This document shows, piece after piece, positions 6,787 through 16,451 of a stretch of 64,000 nt of DNA (within the stretch, counting starts at the first letter, position 1; the number at the start of each line of letters is the position of its first letter). The DNA comes from a virus. Taxonomy: Duplodnaviria; Caudoviricetes. The notes under the pieces are model-generated. The model was not told the origin of the DNA. It did not search any database and saw only the letters and a list, made by a program, of their open reading frames with translations. Both the position numbers and the translations under genes were made by a program. The DNA is taken from the IMG/VR virus record IMGVR_UViG_3300031998_000006, positions 151,311 through 215,310 of that record. The stretch is one strand, 5' to 3'.

Positions 6787-8938
6787 TTATCCGCAATCCC
6801 CTACGCTCTAGGAGTTCTGTAAGTAAGTCGGAAGTTGCGGTTTCCTTGCCATCAAGAACCCCATCAAGCATCTTGGCACGGCTATCCAACACTTCAATCG
6901 CATCCATATCCACAGTTCCAGGGGCTACGAGATAGTAAGAGGTTACTGAATTATGTTGTCCTGAACGGTGCAAACGGTCCTCCGCCTGGCGATGATAATT
7001 TGGAGTGTGCGAAAATTCAGCAAATGCCACGTCGGAACACACATCTTGAAAGCCGTCGATACCTACACCACCAGCTTGAATGTTAGCCACAATTACCCTA
7101 CACTTCGGGTCTTCAATGAATTTTAGTCGGGCATCCTCACGCTCATTTGTGGACATACCCCCATAAATAATTGCGGGATGCCATTGCTTGAGAGTATCGT
7201 ATAAAACCTCAACTACGGAACGGTGCCAAGCGAACAGAAGCAACTTCTTACCGGATTCAAGGAAGTCCTCAATCCACAGAAGCATAGACTTTTCCTTGAG
7301 GGCATAGGCTGAACGGAGAAGACCGGCAACTTTAGCCCTAGCGTTCTCCTTTCCACTCTTGCTAGTGTTTTCGGAGAATACTTCCCGTTCCTCTTCGTAG
7401 TAATCGTTCATTGCGGATTCGTCAACTTCCAAAGGTACAACTTCCATAATCTTTGGGGGTAGGTCCTTCATCACTTCCGATTTGGTTCTGCGGAGCATAC
7501 ATCCAACTAGCAGTTCGTGGAGTTCTTCAACATTAGATGCCCCATTGTACTTTGTTCCATACTCGTCCGTCTGCGGGTCGCAATAGCGGTTGCAGAAGAA
7601 GAAATAATTCTTGAACTTGGACGGTTCCACGATATTGAGCAGAGTCCAGAACTGGAGTGGTTTGGACATAGCCGGTGTACCGCTCATCCCGATGCAATGG
7701 GGGATGACCTTGGACAAGGCAACGAATGCCTTGGACCGCTGCGACTTGTAGTTGCCGATGGCTTGTACTTCATCGCCAACCAACAGACGGAATCCTACTT
7801 GTGCAAGTTCATCCTGCCAGTCGGCTAGGATGTCCCAGTTGATAATGTAACTCTTGTCGTGTGCAAGCCTATAAGTCTTTCTGCCCCCGATGACTTCCAC
7901 ATCGGGATAGTGCTTCTTGGTTGCACCTACCCACTTGCGATAAGCACCTTGCCATTGCAATTTCGTTGGGGCATTGACCACATAGAGTGCTGGATAGGCA
8001 TTGGCATAAACCATCCACGAGAGCGCTTCAACGGTTTTACCGCAATTATGCACGATAATGTGGTTGGCTACAAAATTCCCGTGATTGAGAACCTTGACAT
8101 CGTAGGTCATTCTCATCCCTGCGGAATGAATGGATGTAACTTTCGACATAAGCATACCTTTAGTGCCGTCAAGCTGCACATAGGCATTCAAAGTGTCCTT
8201 GACCTCCACCCATCCGTTGTCCGTAAGAACCTTATGGTCAGGGGTTGCGATGAGGTACATCCCGTCCTCGAAAGTCACGTGGACACACCGCTTCAAACCA
8301 CTATGCAAGACATCAACAACCTCACCAAATCCCATAGAGTGACCATCGTTGACAAGGCATTGAATGCTCCAGTCACACTTGTCCTTGGTCTTGGCAAATT
8401 CACGATAAAGGGTTTCAAGGCTAATCTTCCGTTCCTTGCCATCCTTGCGGACAACAACGGTCATATCGCCACAGACGCATCCCATCTCGTCGCCGAGGGC
8501 AAGTCTTCCGTGACGGAGCTGTGCGAACTTGAGGAAGTCAATCTGGTACGGACGAAGACCCGGAATCAAAGTTCCTTCGGGGTCTAGCTTCGTGGCGTCG
8601 ATTAGAGCCTTTTGCTTGATTCGTGGGTCTTCTCGCTTTACGGTGGGGTCTTTCTTCGTAGGCTGGGGCCATCCCGAAGCAAGCATCCACTTCTGCGTAC
8701 CGGCATTCCACGGAATCTCCCACTTTTTAGTTGCGGCATTGTAGGAGCGTTCCGGGAGCTTGCGGATGGCTTCTAGGATTGTCTTCCATCCATCCTTGTT
8801 TCGTGTGAGCCAAGTGAGGGCAACGGTGGTTTCCTCAACGTCCGTGAACTCCGCTACATACTTTACCCCGGCGATAGGCTCAAGGGGTTTGGGCATACGG
8901 ACCAACGAATTTTCCAATTCAAAAAAATCAAAAGCCAT
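6773..8938 (-). CDS. SNF2/SMARCAL1-like helicase with mini-intein
   Basis: LRPYQ, DEMG|CGKT, DEVQ, SGTP, LRRTK, QAEDRLHRSGQ. Confidence 0.92.
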   Translation of the reverse strand: MAFDFFELENSLVRMPKPLEPIAGVKYVAEFTDVEETTVALTWLTRNKDGWKTILEAIRKLPERSYNAATKKWEIPWNAGTQKWMLASGWPQPTKKDPTVKREDPRIKQKALIDATKLDPEGTLIPGLRPYQIDFLKFAQLRHGRLALGDEMGCVCGDMTVVVRKDGKERKISLETLYREFAKTKDKCDWSIQCLVNDGHSMGFGEVVDVLHSGLKRCVHVTFEDGMYLIATPDHKVLTDNGWVEVKDTLNAYVQLDGTKGMLMSKVTSIHSAGMRMTYDVKVLNHGNFVANHIIVHNCGKTVEALSWMVYANAYPALYVVNAPTKLQWQGAYRKWVGATKKHYPDVEVIGGRKTYRLAHDKSYIINWDILADWQDELAQVGFRLLVGDEVQAIGNYKSQRSKAFVALSKVIPHCIGMSGTPAMSKPLQFWTLLNIVEPSKFKNYFFFCNRYCDPQTDEYGTKYNGASNVEELHELLVGCMLRRTKSEVMKDLPPKIMEVVPLEVDESAMNDYYEEEREVFSENTSKSGKENARAKVAGLLRSAYALKEKSMLLWIEDFLESGKKLLLFAWHRSVVEVLYDTLKQWHPAIIYGGMSTNEREDARLKFIEDPKCRVIVANIQAGGVGIDGFQDVCSDVAFAEFSHTPNYHRQAEDRLHRSGQHNSVTSYYLVAPGTVDMDAIEVLDSRAKMLDGVLDGKETATSDLLTELLERRGLRINDGT
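8045..8479 (-). mobile_element. Mini-intein (145 aa) in helicase Walker A
   Basis: Starts CVCGD, has TPDHKV, ends TYDV...IIVHN|C; no endonuclease domain. Confidence 0.92.
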
Positions 8939-9996
8939 TATCCTACGTTCCTATAATCGGGGATAACCACATTGCGGTTAGTCTTGCACCACTGGCAGAA
9001 CCTAAACCACTTTTCGCATCCGGGGTAGATGAATGTGAGGGGCAAAGCCCTTCCGCTTGCGGATGCATTCCATTCCTTTACCAGAGTGACCGCCATCCCG
9101 ATGTCAGCCATACGGACGCGGTTCTCCACAACGGTCATCAGCTTGTCACGATTGGAATAGTACCAATCTACATATTTCTTCACACCCATCCAGTAAGTAC
9201 CCATAGAACTTGCAGGCATACTGTTGAGGTAGGGCGATTCCTTAATCAAGTTTTCAGCCACGGACACGGCAAGTTTGGGAAGCGCGGTCTTCACGGCTTC
9301 GTCTTTATTCATCTCCCACATAACTTCACAGAACGGACTCCATTCAGTACCGGACTTCGTGGCGGTACAGAGGAAAGACGCCAATGACTTGCGAGGAATC
9401 TTGCCATTCTCAAGGGTGGGCCACCAATAGCCCCTCTTCTCGTGGGCATCTGCTACATAGTCAAGGCACTCCTTGATGGAGTCGATGACCTTGGCGATGG
9501 AATCAAACTTACCACGGACAATCTGCGGACCGCTACCCTTCTGTTCCGTCTTGGAAAGCCAAGCCTTGTCCCAGCGGTGGGAATCCGCAAACAAATCGGC
9601 AGATAGCCATACAACCTCACGGCAAGTGGCATCCCATACCTTGCTATCCAGCTTGGTAGCGGATAGGAACGGATAGTTCCGTGTCAGTTCGTGGAGTTCG
9701 GAAAGTTCCGTATTGGACATCCCGTCCGCATGGGTAGGAATCTTGAAGTTGAAGCCTTTATGAACTGGTTCTTCATTGGGTTTAGGAGCTTTCGGAGCGG
9801 GGGTAGGACGGACGGTTGCGTGAGTCTTTACCACGGGTCTTTTCTTCTTGACCTCAAACATCTCGGACATCAAGTCCTGCGATTCCATACGGACTTCCAA
9901 GGTGTCCTTTCCCTTAATGACAACACGAGCCGAAACATTCTGTTGTTTCAGCCATTCGTTGAGCTTCGGGAGCAATGTAGAAGCGGATTCTGCCAT
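8938..9996 (-). CDS. Hypothetical protein in the replication cluster
   Basis: 352 aa ORF coupled to the helicase gene. Confidence 0.7.
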   Translation of the reverse strand: MAESASTLLPKLNEWLKQQNVSARVVIKGKDTLEVRMESQDLMSEMFEVKKKRPVVKTHATVRPTPAPKAPKPNEEPVHKGFNFKIPTHADGMSNTELSELHELTRNYPFLSATKLDSKVWDATCREVVWLSADLFADSHRWDKAWLSKTEQKGSGPQIVRGKFDSIAKVIDSIKECLDYVADAHEKRGYWWPTLENGKIPRKSLASFLCTATKSGTEWSPFCEVMWEMNKDEAVKTALPKLAVSVAENLIKESPYLNSMPASSMGTYWMGVKKYVDWYYSNRDKLMTVVENRVRMADIGMAVTLVKEWNASASGRALPLTFIYPGCEKWFRFCQWCKTNRNVVIPDYRNVG

Positions 9997-9998
9997 CG

Positions 9999-10379
9999 CT
10001 ATTTACCCTTGTTTGATTTCCATTTCGCAAGCATCCGTTCGAACTTGTCCTGCGGGATGGGGCAAGTCTTGCAGAAGATTTCGTTCCACTTCTTTCGGGA
10101 GAGGTCGGCGTCCACAAGCTCCGAAGCTAGGGGTAGAATCCTACCCCTATAAAGAGGGTCAAACCAATGGGAGGACGGCTTCCATCCACGGCTCTGCATC
10201 TCACGGAGGATGCGGTTATGATACCAAATCAAAGCCCCCCAAGGAAGGGCATAGAACCAGGTTCGTGTATTTACGGGGCTTCTCCACTCGGACGAGCGGA
10301 TTCTGCATACATCACGATGGAGGGCTGTCAGGAGTCTGTTGGGCAAATCGGGTAAAAGGTTCGGATGCCAAAGTTGCAT
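9999..10379 (-). CDS. Pyrimidine dimer DNA glycosylase-like protein (DenV/TIGR02328-like)
   Basis: MQLWHPNLLPDLP..LL..HRD and YH.RIL.EM..RG motifs. Confidence 0.7.
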   Translation of the reverse strand: MQLWHPNLLPDLPNRLLTALHRDVCRIRSSEWRSPVNTRTWFYALPWGALIWYHNRILREMQSRGWKPSSHWFDPLYRGRILPLASELVDADLSRKKWNEIFCKTCPIPQDKFERMLAKWKSNKGK

Positions 10380-10424
10380 TCTATCTATCCTTTTGAAATT
10401 CTACACATAGTATATAGCACGGAA

Positions 10425-10850
10425 CTATTTGCTCATCTTTAGCCAGTAAGTGGCATACCTTTTTCCGGTCCGTGGGTCAACGCTGTTGTCCACGTCTATA
10501 TCCATACCTTCCTTCTTGAGATTGAAGATGTATGCACCCAGACGGAAGCACCCAAAGTGTTCGAGGGCGTCTAGCGGAGTGATAGGCTTGCCGGTCAAAA
10601 GCCATTCCTTGATAGCCTGCTTCTGTGTCTTCTTCACGGAGCGGTCAAACTGGTATTTCGGATGGATGCCATCGGGGTTCTCCTTGGATTCCGCTTGAAG
10701 ATAGATTGTGACCGTCTTACCATCCGGACTCAATTCCTTGTGGTTGACAATCAGTTCACGGCTGCCCAGCTTGAGATGGACTTCCGTAACATTTTCGCCA
10801 AGACATCCGCTCTTTCCTTCAAGCAGCTTGAGCATCGTATAAAGTTCCAT
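10425..10850 (-). CDS. Helix-turn-helix DNA-binding protein
   Basis: TQKQAIKEWLLTGKPITPLDALEHFGCFRLGAYIFNLKKEG. Confidence 0.75.
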   Translation of the reverse strand: MELYTMLKLLEGKSGCLGENVTEVHLKLGSRELIVNHKELSPDGKTVTIYLQAESKENPDGIHPKYQFDRSVKKTQKQAIKEWLLTGKPITPLDALEHFGCFRLGAYIFNLKKEGMDIDVDNSVDPRTGKRYATYWLKMSK

Positions 10851-10884
10851 TGTGTTATCCTCGGTTGATGGTTGAAAAACTTTT

Positions 10885-11979
10885 CTATCGGAGGGGCATC
10901 AGCAATGTTGTAGCCTTGCCATCAATCCACATAGTAGGGCGTTCAAGGATGCCCACGGACTGGAAGATTACATCGGAGTTGTCGCTGAACCTCTCAAGGG
11001 TTTCAAGAAGACGGTTAGCATCCAGCTTAACACCACCCTCATTGAACTTGTAGTCTTCTGGAACTCTAGTTACACCAAGCCCGTCCTCCCCGTAGGTTAG
11101 CATCACGGGGCAAAGACCCTTGCTCGTGAGCGGAATGACATTCACGAGAGTCTGGGTGGCTGAACGGAGTGATGCCACGTCCACCTTGTATTCGTGTTCT
11201 GCCGATAGCAGCGGAAGGGCATTGTAGGTTGGGGGATAGGCACCGGCAATCAAGTTGCCATATACAGACACGGATTTGTTCTCGAAGATGTATCGGGATT
11301 TCTGTATGCCCATAGTAGCATCAGCCCCAAGCGATGCAAGTACCTTGAACGCCTTGAGCGGAATACTACAAGTGACCTTTGGATGCTTGACGAACTGGGT
11401 ACAGACCATCAAGGTACGATTGGTTGTAGCGAATCCGCTCTGGTCGCCCCCGAACGAAAGAAGCACACCACTCAACGTAGGGTACTGCTTGTCATCGGAA
11501 CTGAACTGGACTAAATACTTGTCCACGAACTTGATGTCGAAATCGGTAAGGTATTTCTCAAACAGCTTCGTATCTCTAGGAATAATCATAGAAGGGCAAT
11601 CCCTTCCGGGTACACCCTCAACCTTTCCGCAATCCGTGCAGTTGACCTTGAAGGACACGCTATTGCCGGTCCTCTCAATCCGCATCATTCCGTTGGGGGC
11701 TTTGCTTGCGATATTGTTGAATACCGTGTAGTCGATGGCAAGGTCGATTGTACCCTTGCCATTCGCGTCGGACACATTGAGTTCCGCAAAGCAATCGGAG
11801 TCAGTTGCGGTCAAATAGCCCTTTCCGTCCACAACATTGATTCGTACAAACTTCAAAATTGGGATGGTGGTCTTCTTGGGGATTATGGTATTGACGGCAG
11901 AAAGGTAGCTTGCAAGCACCGTGGTAGAGATGGACACAGACGCTTCGGCATTAGACTTGATAGCAAAATTGAATGGCAT
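10885..11979 (-). CDS. dnaN: DNA polymerase III beta sliding clamp
   Basis: KKTTIPIL, LTATD, LSGV, G.YP motifs; 364 aa. Confidence 0.8.
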   Translation of the reverse strand: MPFNFAIKSNAEASVSISTTVLASYLSAVNTIIPKKTTIPILKFVRINVVDGKGYLTATDSDCFAELNVSDANGKGTIDLAIDYTVFNNIASKAPNGMMRIERTGNSVSFKVNCTDCGKVEGVPGRDCPSMIIPRDTKLFEKYLTDFDIKFVDKYLVQFSSDDKQYPTLSGVLLSFGGDQSGFATTNRTLMVCTQFVKHPKVTCSIPLKAFKVLASLGADATMGIQKSRYIFENKSVSVYGNLIAGAYPPTYNALPLLSAEHEYKVDVASLRSATQTLVNVIPLTSKGLCPVMLTYGEDGLGVTRVPEDYKFNEGGVKLDANRLLETLERFSDNSDVIFQSVGILERPTMWIDGKATTLLMPLR

Positions 11980-11993
11980 AGGTATCGTTCCTT

Positions 11994-12932
11994 CTAGGCT
12001 TTGATGCCTAGTTCCTTCATAATGTCTTGGGCTTCGGCTGGGGTAAGGTCGCCGGGGTCACGGGGGTTTCCCTTGGCATCAAGCCCGAACTCTGCGGCAC
12101 ACACCTCCACGGAGCATCCGCAAGCGGCAATGTCACGGGCATAATCCCTAGCGTGCTGTTGGGCTTCGGGTTCGGGGTCGAATAAAAAGATTACTTCGGG
12201 CCATTGAGTAAGTAGGCTGACCTGCTCACGGGTAAGGCTCGTTCCGAATGTAGCAACAGAACCAGGACCCATTCTCCACTGGTCGAACACACCCTCCACC
12301 ACAACGATGCGGTCGCGATTCTGTGCGAGTTCAGCACCGTAGAGAAGGTGCTTGTGATGCACCACCGCCTTTTCAACGGGGCAACACTTGTATCGGAGTT
12401 CCTGTTTACCGGTATAATCTCTTCCTTGGAAAGTACAAAGATTTCCAAAGCAATCGTACACGGGGATAATGATTCTGTAGCGAAAGTCTATTCCCTGCCA
12501 ATCGCCTACCATATCCGTTCCAAGGATTCCGTGGTAGAACTCAAGTTCTTCTGGGTCAAACCCACGTCCACGAAGGTACTTGCGATGCGGTTCTCCGATG
12601 GGGCTTCCGGGAAGGGTAATGCTCGTAACGCCCAATGTGGATTTGCGTTGAGTGGGGGTATAAGTGTGGGAACTGACACCATGCGAGTATTTACGGATGA
12701 GTTCTCTAGCAGAGTCCATAGGGATTCTAGCGGCTAGAGCAACCGCCTTAACTGGATGACCTGCGGAGCATCGCCAACATTGGCAAGTTCCTTTTTCTAT
12801 GGAGAATCCTAGATGATTTGAATGGTCATCACAAAACGGACACTGAATGTTAATATTTCCGGGAGCAACATTCTTACCGCTTTCCCAATTAGGGACATTC
12901 AAATCATCAAAAAGCCGTTTCCAATCTGTCAT
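11994..12932 (-). CDS. DNA primase (Zn finger plus TOPRIM)
   Basis: CPFC...C.RC, RIIIP, FQGR, VVVEGVFD, FDPE. Confidence 0.88.
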   Translation of the reverse strand: MTDWKRLFDDLNVPNWESGKNVAPGNINIQCPFCDDHSNHLGFSIEKGTCQCWRCSAGHPVKAVALAARIPMDSARELIRKYSHGVSSHTYTPTQRKSTLGVTSITLPGSPIGEPHRKYLRGRGFDPEELEFYHGILGTDMVGDWQGIDFRYRIIIPVYDCFGNLCTFQGRDYTGKQELRYKCCPVEKAVVHHKHLLYGAELAQNRDRIVVVEGVFDQWRMGPGSVATFGTSLTREQVSLLTQWPEVIFLFDPEPEAQQHARDYARDIAACGCSVEVCAAEFGLDAKGNPRDPGDLTPAEAQDIMKELGIKA

Positions 12933-13567
12933 TTAGACTTCCTTTGTTTGGCAAGCCAAGACCTAAAAGGCTTCCAACTTAATTCGCCACCATTACTTTT
13001 ATATTTCTTATATTCTTCTAAATCTCGCTTAATTATTGTTGCAAATTTAGTTTGAATAGTTTTTCGAAATTCAGCATTGGTAGCCCATATTCGTTTAGTA
13101 ACTTCCGATTGCCGTGACCTCTTTTCTGGAGTCCAAATTCGTTCTTGAGCATTATGTAGCTTATCCCTAAATTCTTTTGTAGCCCGAATCGGTGCGCAGG
13201 CTTCTACAACGTGTAATGTATGCTCTGGAGTTTGTTTCACTCCTTTCTTTGCTTCACTTATATGCCTACGATGTTCTTCTGTAAATTCGGGGATATGACC
13301 ATCTTTAAACTGACCATTTACTAACCTATCCGTAGGAATTAGGGTAGTATGCATTTTATTATGTTCTCGTCCATTCATAAAGACTAATTCACAAGCTGGA
13401 CGATTATAATACATCCCTAATTCTTTTAAATCCGCTTGGGATAGCCCCATTTCCTCAAATCTATGATGGATATGATATTTTTCGGAAGATTCCGATGCTT
13501 CTTTAAACCCTTTAATATTTTCAATAGGGTCACAACAATACATTCGTGCCATTGCACTATTAAACAT
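12929..13567 (-). CDS. Free-standing HNH homing endonuclease with NUMOD3-like motifs
   Basis: YHIHH...ELVFM..REHNKMH and EEHRRHISEAKKG; lower GC than flanking genes. Confidence 0.8.
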   Translation of the reverse strand: MFNSAMARMYCCDPIENIKGFKEASESSEKYHIHHRFEEMGLSQADLKELGMYYNRPACELVFMNGREHNKMHTTLIPTDRLVNGQFKDGHIPEFTEEHRRHISEAKKGVKQTPEHTLHVVEACAPIRATKEFRDKLHNAQERIWTPEKRSRQSEVTKRIWATNAEFRKTIQTKFATIIKRDLEEYKKYKSNGGELSWKPFRSWLAKQRKSK

Positions 13568-13570
13568 AAG

Positions 13571-13664
13571 AGCCACCTCCGGCTTGTTGGGGTTTTTAAG
13601 CCCCGACGACGCGTCAAGTCGGAGGGGCTATAGCTAATATAGCAACCTACCAGTATATAGTCAA
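13571..13664 (-). promoter_or_regulatory. Promoter plus RBS-sequestering hairpin of the HNH gene
   Basis: TTGACT-17-TATATT (13664-13636); stem CCTCCGACTTG/CAAGCCGGAGG contains the GGAGG RBS. Confidence 0.6.
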
Positions 13665-13672
13665 TAACATCA

Positions 13673-13990
13673 TCAGCCATCCAACTTAATTGAGTCGAGC
13701 CATTGCTTGATGATTGCGTGGACTCGCTGACGGGTCACACCTTCGGCTTTGGCGATGTCACGATAGGACATACCCTTCTCGTGCATTTCGTGGAACTTCT
13801 TGCCACGCAAATCACGGTCCTTCGCCAACTGCAACTTCACGGGCTGAAAACCGCAATGCAGATGCACACGGCAGAAGTACGAACATTGTGCGTAGGTCTT
13901 CCCTTCGGGAATCTGGTTCTTTTTCAACTGCTTTATCTGTTCCACAGTCCAGTCTTTATATGGGGATTGTGTTACCATATTACACCTCAC
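13673..13990 (-). CDS. Sigma70 region-4-like HTH protein
   Basis: GMSYRDIAKAEGVTRQRVHAI. Confidence 0.7.
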   Translation of the reverse strand: MRCNMVTQSPYKDWTVEQIKQLKKNQIPEGKTYAQCSYFCRVHLHCGFQPVKLQLAKDRDLRGKKFHEMHEKGMSYRDIAKAEGVTRQRVHAIIKQWLDSIKLDG

Positions 13991-14144
13991 TTTTTTAGAA
14001 ATTCTATCATAACCATCGCAAATATTCCGAACACCGTCAATGCGGTCATCGTTATAAATATGCAGATAACCGAAAATAATATAGTGCCGATTGCTCGTAA
14101 ACTTGCTCTAAACATCTGTAATTACCATATAGTCATTGTCTAGT

Positions 14145-14495
14145 CTATAAATTCCTTCCACACATAGGGCAATAGCGGATTTGTGAACTTTCACCGAATA
14201 CGGACTGCGGAAAGCCATAGAGGTCATCCCCGTTGGAAATGTCCGCTTCAATAGTCCATCCGTTCTCGCCCGAATTGTGGACTAGCTTGAAGGAATGAGC
14301 AAGGCATCCACCGAAGTCCTTGCCACTTTGCCCAACCTTCAAGAGTCCACATTCACAATACGGGCATTTGTTTGGAATCATTGCTTTAGCCTTGTCCGTA
14401 AGTTCAAGGGGCATAGACTCGTGATTCCGTTCCCACAATGCTTCCTTTTCCGGGTCACGCTTTACAACTTCCAGTTCATTAGGAAATGTCATCAA
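14145..14495 (-). CDS. Hypothetical Zn-finger protein
   Basis: CPYC...IRYCPMCGRNL. Confidence 0.65.
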   Translation of the reverse strand: MMTFPNELEVVKRDPEKEALWERNHESMPLELTDKAKAMIPNKCPYCECGLLKVGQSGKDFGGCLAHSFKLVHNSGENGWTIEADISNGDDLYGFPQSVFGESSQIRYCPMCGRNL

Positions 14496-14860
14496 GCACC
14501 CCCGAATTTAGGGAACTTTCGTAGGGTAACATTAAAAGACCTTCGGACCGTGTTCTTGGCATAGAACTCATCGAGTTCTTTCTGCTTGTGGATTCTTCGG
14601 AGTTCTCTCCTACGGGCATTCATCCGGTTGATACGGTCATCGGGCTTGATAACTACCATACCTTTGCAGACATCCCTAGATACGGAAACACGACTCAACC
14701 CGAACTCATTAGATAACCGGACTTCCATATCCTTGTTAGGCATCTGCATTTGCTGTAGCATCTTTATGAACTTCGATAACTTCATCTGCATTTTCCTTTG
14801 GAGAGTCCGGCAAGATTGCAATGCTTGATATTTCCGTGAACTGGTAGGTATTCTCGTCAT
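14492..14860 (-). CDS. Hypothetical protein (start probably near 14785)
   Basis: ORF within the operon. Confidence 0.55.
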   Translation of the reverse strand: MTRIPTSSRKYQALQSCRTLQRKMQMKLSKFIKMLQQMQMPNKDMEVRLSNEFGLSRVSVSRDVCKGMVVIKPDDRINRMNARRRELRRIHKQKELDEFYAKNTVRRSFNVTLRKFPKFGGA

Positions 14861-15437
14861 CAGGCAAACATTCTCCTACACCCCCATAGGCGAAACCGAG
14901 CCTAATACCACCTTGAATCAAATCAAGCAGACGCTTGCTATCCGGGAGCTTCGGGTCAAGGGTCAAGGTAGCAATCGCTTCATCGCCATTGTCAACGATG
15001 GTGTCGATTGTGCCAACCCCAGCCTTGTGCAAGAGTTCTTCGGGGGAGTCCGGGATAAGCGGGTCAACTGGCTTCGGGAAGCCGAGTGTGACTACTCGCT
15101 CCGAAGCCGGTCTGCTCAAGAAGTCAGCGAGTACATTTTCGGGGCAGAAATGGCGGCAATTATGGACGTGTTCAAAAGCCAACACTTGATTAGGGTCCGG
15201 CTTGTTGACAATCAGCTTGTCGCAAATCTTGTCATTGTCGCTCTTTTCCAGGAACTTGCGGACTTCCTCAAAATCCGAATGGGAGTTCATAAGGTAGTTC
15301 ATACACACGTTGAAATCATTGGCAGCCCGTACCCAGTCCTCATTCTCAAGGACTTCTCCTTTTGCGTACTTGTCTGCATTCGCACGGATGGCATCTGCCA
15401 CCGCATAGAGCCTATTTCTTACTTCTTCTCTGGTCAT
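14736..15437 (-). CDS. Hypothetical protein with degenerate prohead-protease-like C-terminus
   Basis: LLDLIQGGIRLGFAYGGVG resembles the T4 gp21 motif G..LGxSSRGxG. Confidence 0.5.
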   Translation of the reverse strand: MTREEVRNRLYAVADAIRANADKYAKGEVLENEDWVRAANDFNVCMNYLMNSHSDFEEVRKFLEKSDNDKICDKLIVNKPDPNQVLAFEHVHNCRHFCPENVLADFLSRPASERVVTLGFPKPVDPLIPDSPEELLHKAGVGTIDTIVDNGDEAIATLTLDPKLPDSKRLLDLIQGGIRLGFAYGGVGECLPDDENTYQFTEISSIAILPDSPKENADEVIEVHKDATANADA

Positions 15438-15439
15438 TT

Positions 15440-15634
15440 TTAGCCCCACACATAGTCGATGTAGCCGTTGAGAGCATAGGCACCGAGGAACACCAAAGCC
15501 CCAGCGATACCCTGCAACCAATACTTGACCCTTTCCACTTTTTCCTTGTGGCGGTAGTAGGCATTCCAAGAGCTGAATCCCTGCGGTACGAGTTCGGGAA
15601 TGAAAGAATTTTCGGTTTTGACGAGATTAGGCAT
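15440..15634 (-). CDS. Small membrane protein
   Basis: Hydrophobic C-terminal helix; follows a promoter and RBS. Confidence 0.6.
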   Translation of the reverse strand: MPNLVKTENSFIPELVPQGFSSWNAYYRHKEKVERVKYWLQGIAGALVFLGAYALNGYIDYVWG

Positions 15635-15673
15635 TGTGGTTGTCCTCGGTGGTTGAATTTTTTGTACACCTTA

Positions 15674-15702
15674 AATATAACACTTTATCCAATAAGTGTC
15701 AA
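15674..15702 (-). promoter_or_regulatory. Strong sigma70-like (early-type) promoter
   Basis: TTGACA-17-TATATT; nearly identical to 29578-29606. Confidence 0.75.
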
Positions 15703-15734
15703 TAGTGTTTCGTAATGTAAGTGTTAAATAATGT

Positions 15735-16451
15735 TTACACTATTTCAAAATTACGGGGTTCGTTCCGTATCGGGAAATTGTGTTCACGGATGAGGTCTAT
15801 GTAGGTCTGCAACGATTCCCTATAGTCCTCGTGTTGGTCGGCATCGCCACCAACGGCACCGTTAAGAAGGACTTCACAAGTAATAGCTACCTTGTAGTGG
15901 AGGTAGTCGCAGACAAGACCTAGGTACTGGTCTTCGCTACCCCATCGGGTAAATCGTGGCTCAAACAGAGAGCCATTGTTGAATGCCATAACCTCAAGGA
16001 TGGCTGAAACCCGCATAACGAATCCACAGGAATAGAAGGGGTTGCAGAGAGTTCCGGTGTCCACGATGGTAGCACCACTCAACGGAACATAAACCTTTTG
16101 ATGACGTGCATCGTGTTCGCAAGAGTATAGGACGCACTGGATGCCACGGGAGTCTATCAATGACTCTATGGCATCCGGGTTGTAGGTTGTTGGGTAGCGG
16201 TCGCCATCAAAGAACTCTATGATGTCGTCGAAACGAGGGTCAAATGTAGAGAGTATCTTCTGTACCCCCGCATTGCGATTAGCCCCACGATTACCGGCAT
16301 AGGGCATCAGCACATAGTTGCATCCGTGAGCGATGCATTCCGTGATGTCCTTCTCCGTAGGGGAGTCGAATACGAACACGGTGGATGGGCCACCCGGAAA
16401 CTTTCGGATGGATTCCGTCTGGTTGTGTGAGATGACTACGCGGTACAGCAT
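15735..16451 (-). CDS. Glycosyltransferase family 2-like protein
   Basis: NRN.G, FFDGD (DxD), FEPRFTRWGSED. Confidence 0.7.
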   Translation of the reverse strand: MLYRVVISHNQTESIRKFPGGPSTVFVFDSPTEKDITECIAHGCNYVLMPYAGNRGANRNAGVQKILSTFDPRFDDIIEFFDGDRYPTTYNPDAIESLIDSRGIQCVLYSCEHDARHQKVYVPLSGATIVDTGTLCNPFYSCGFVMRVSAILEVMAFNNGSLFEPRFTRWGSEDQYLGLVCDYLHYKVAITCEVLLNGAVGGDADQHEDYRESLQTYIDLIREHNFPIRNEPRNFEIV

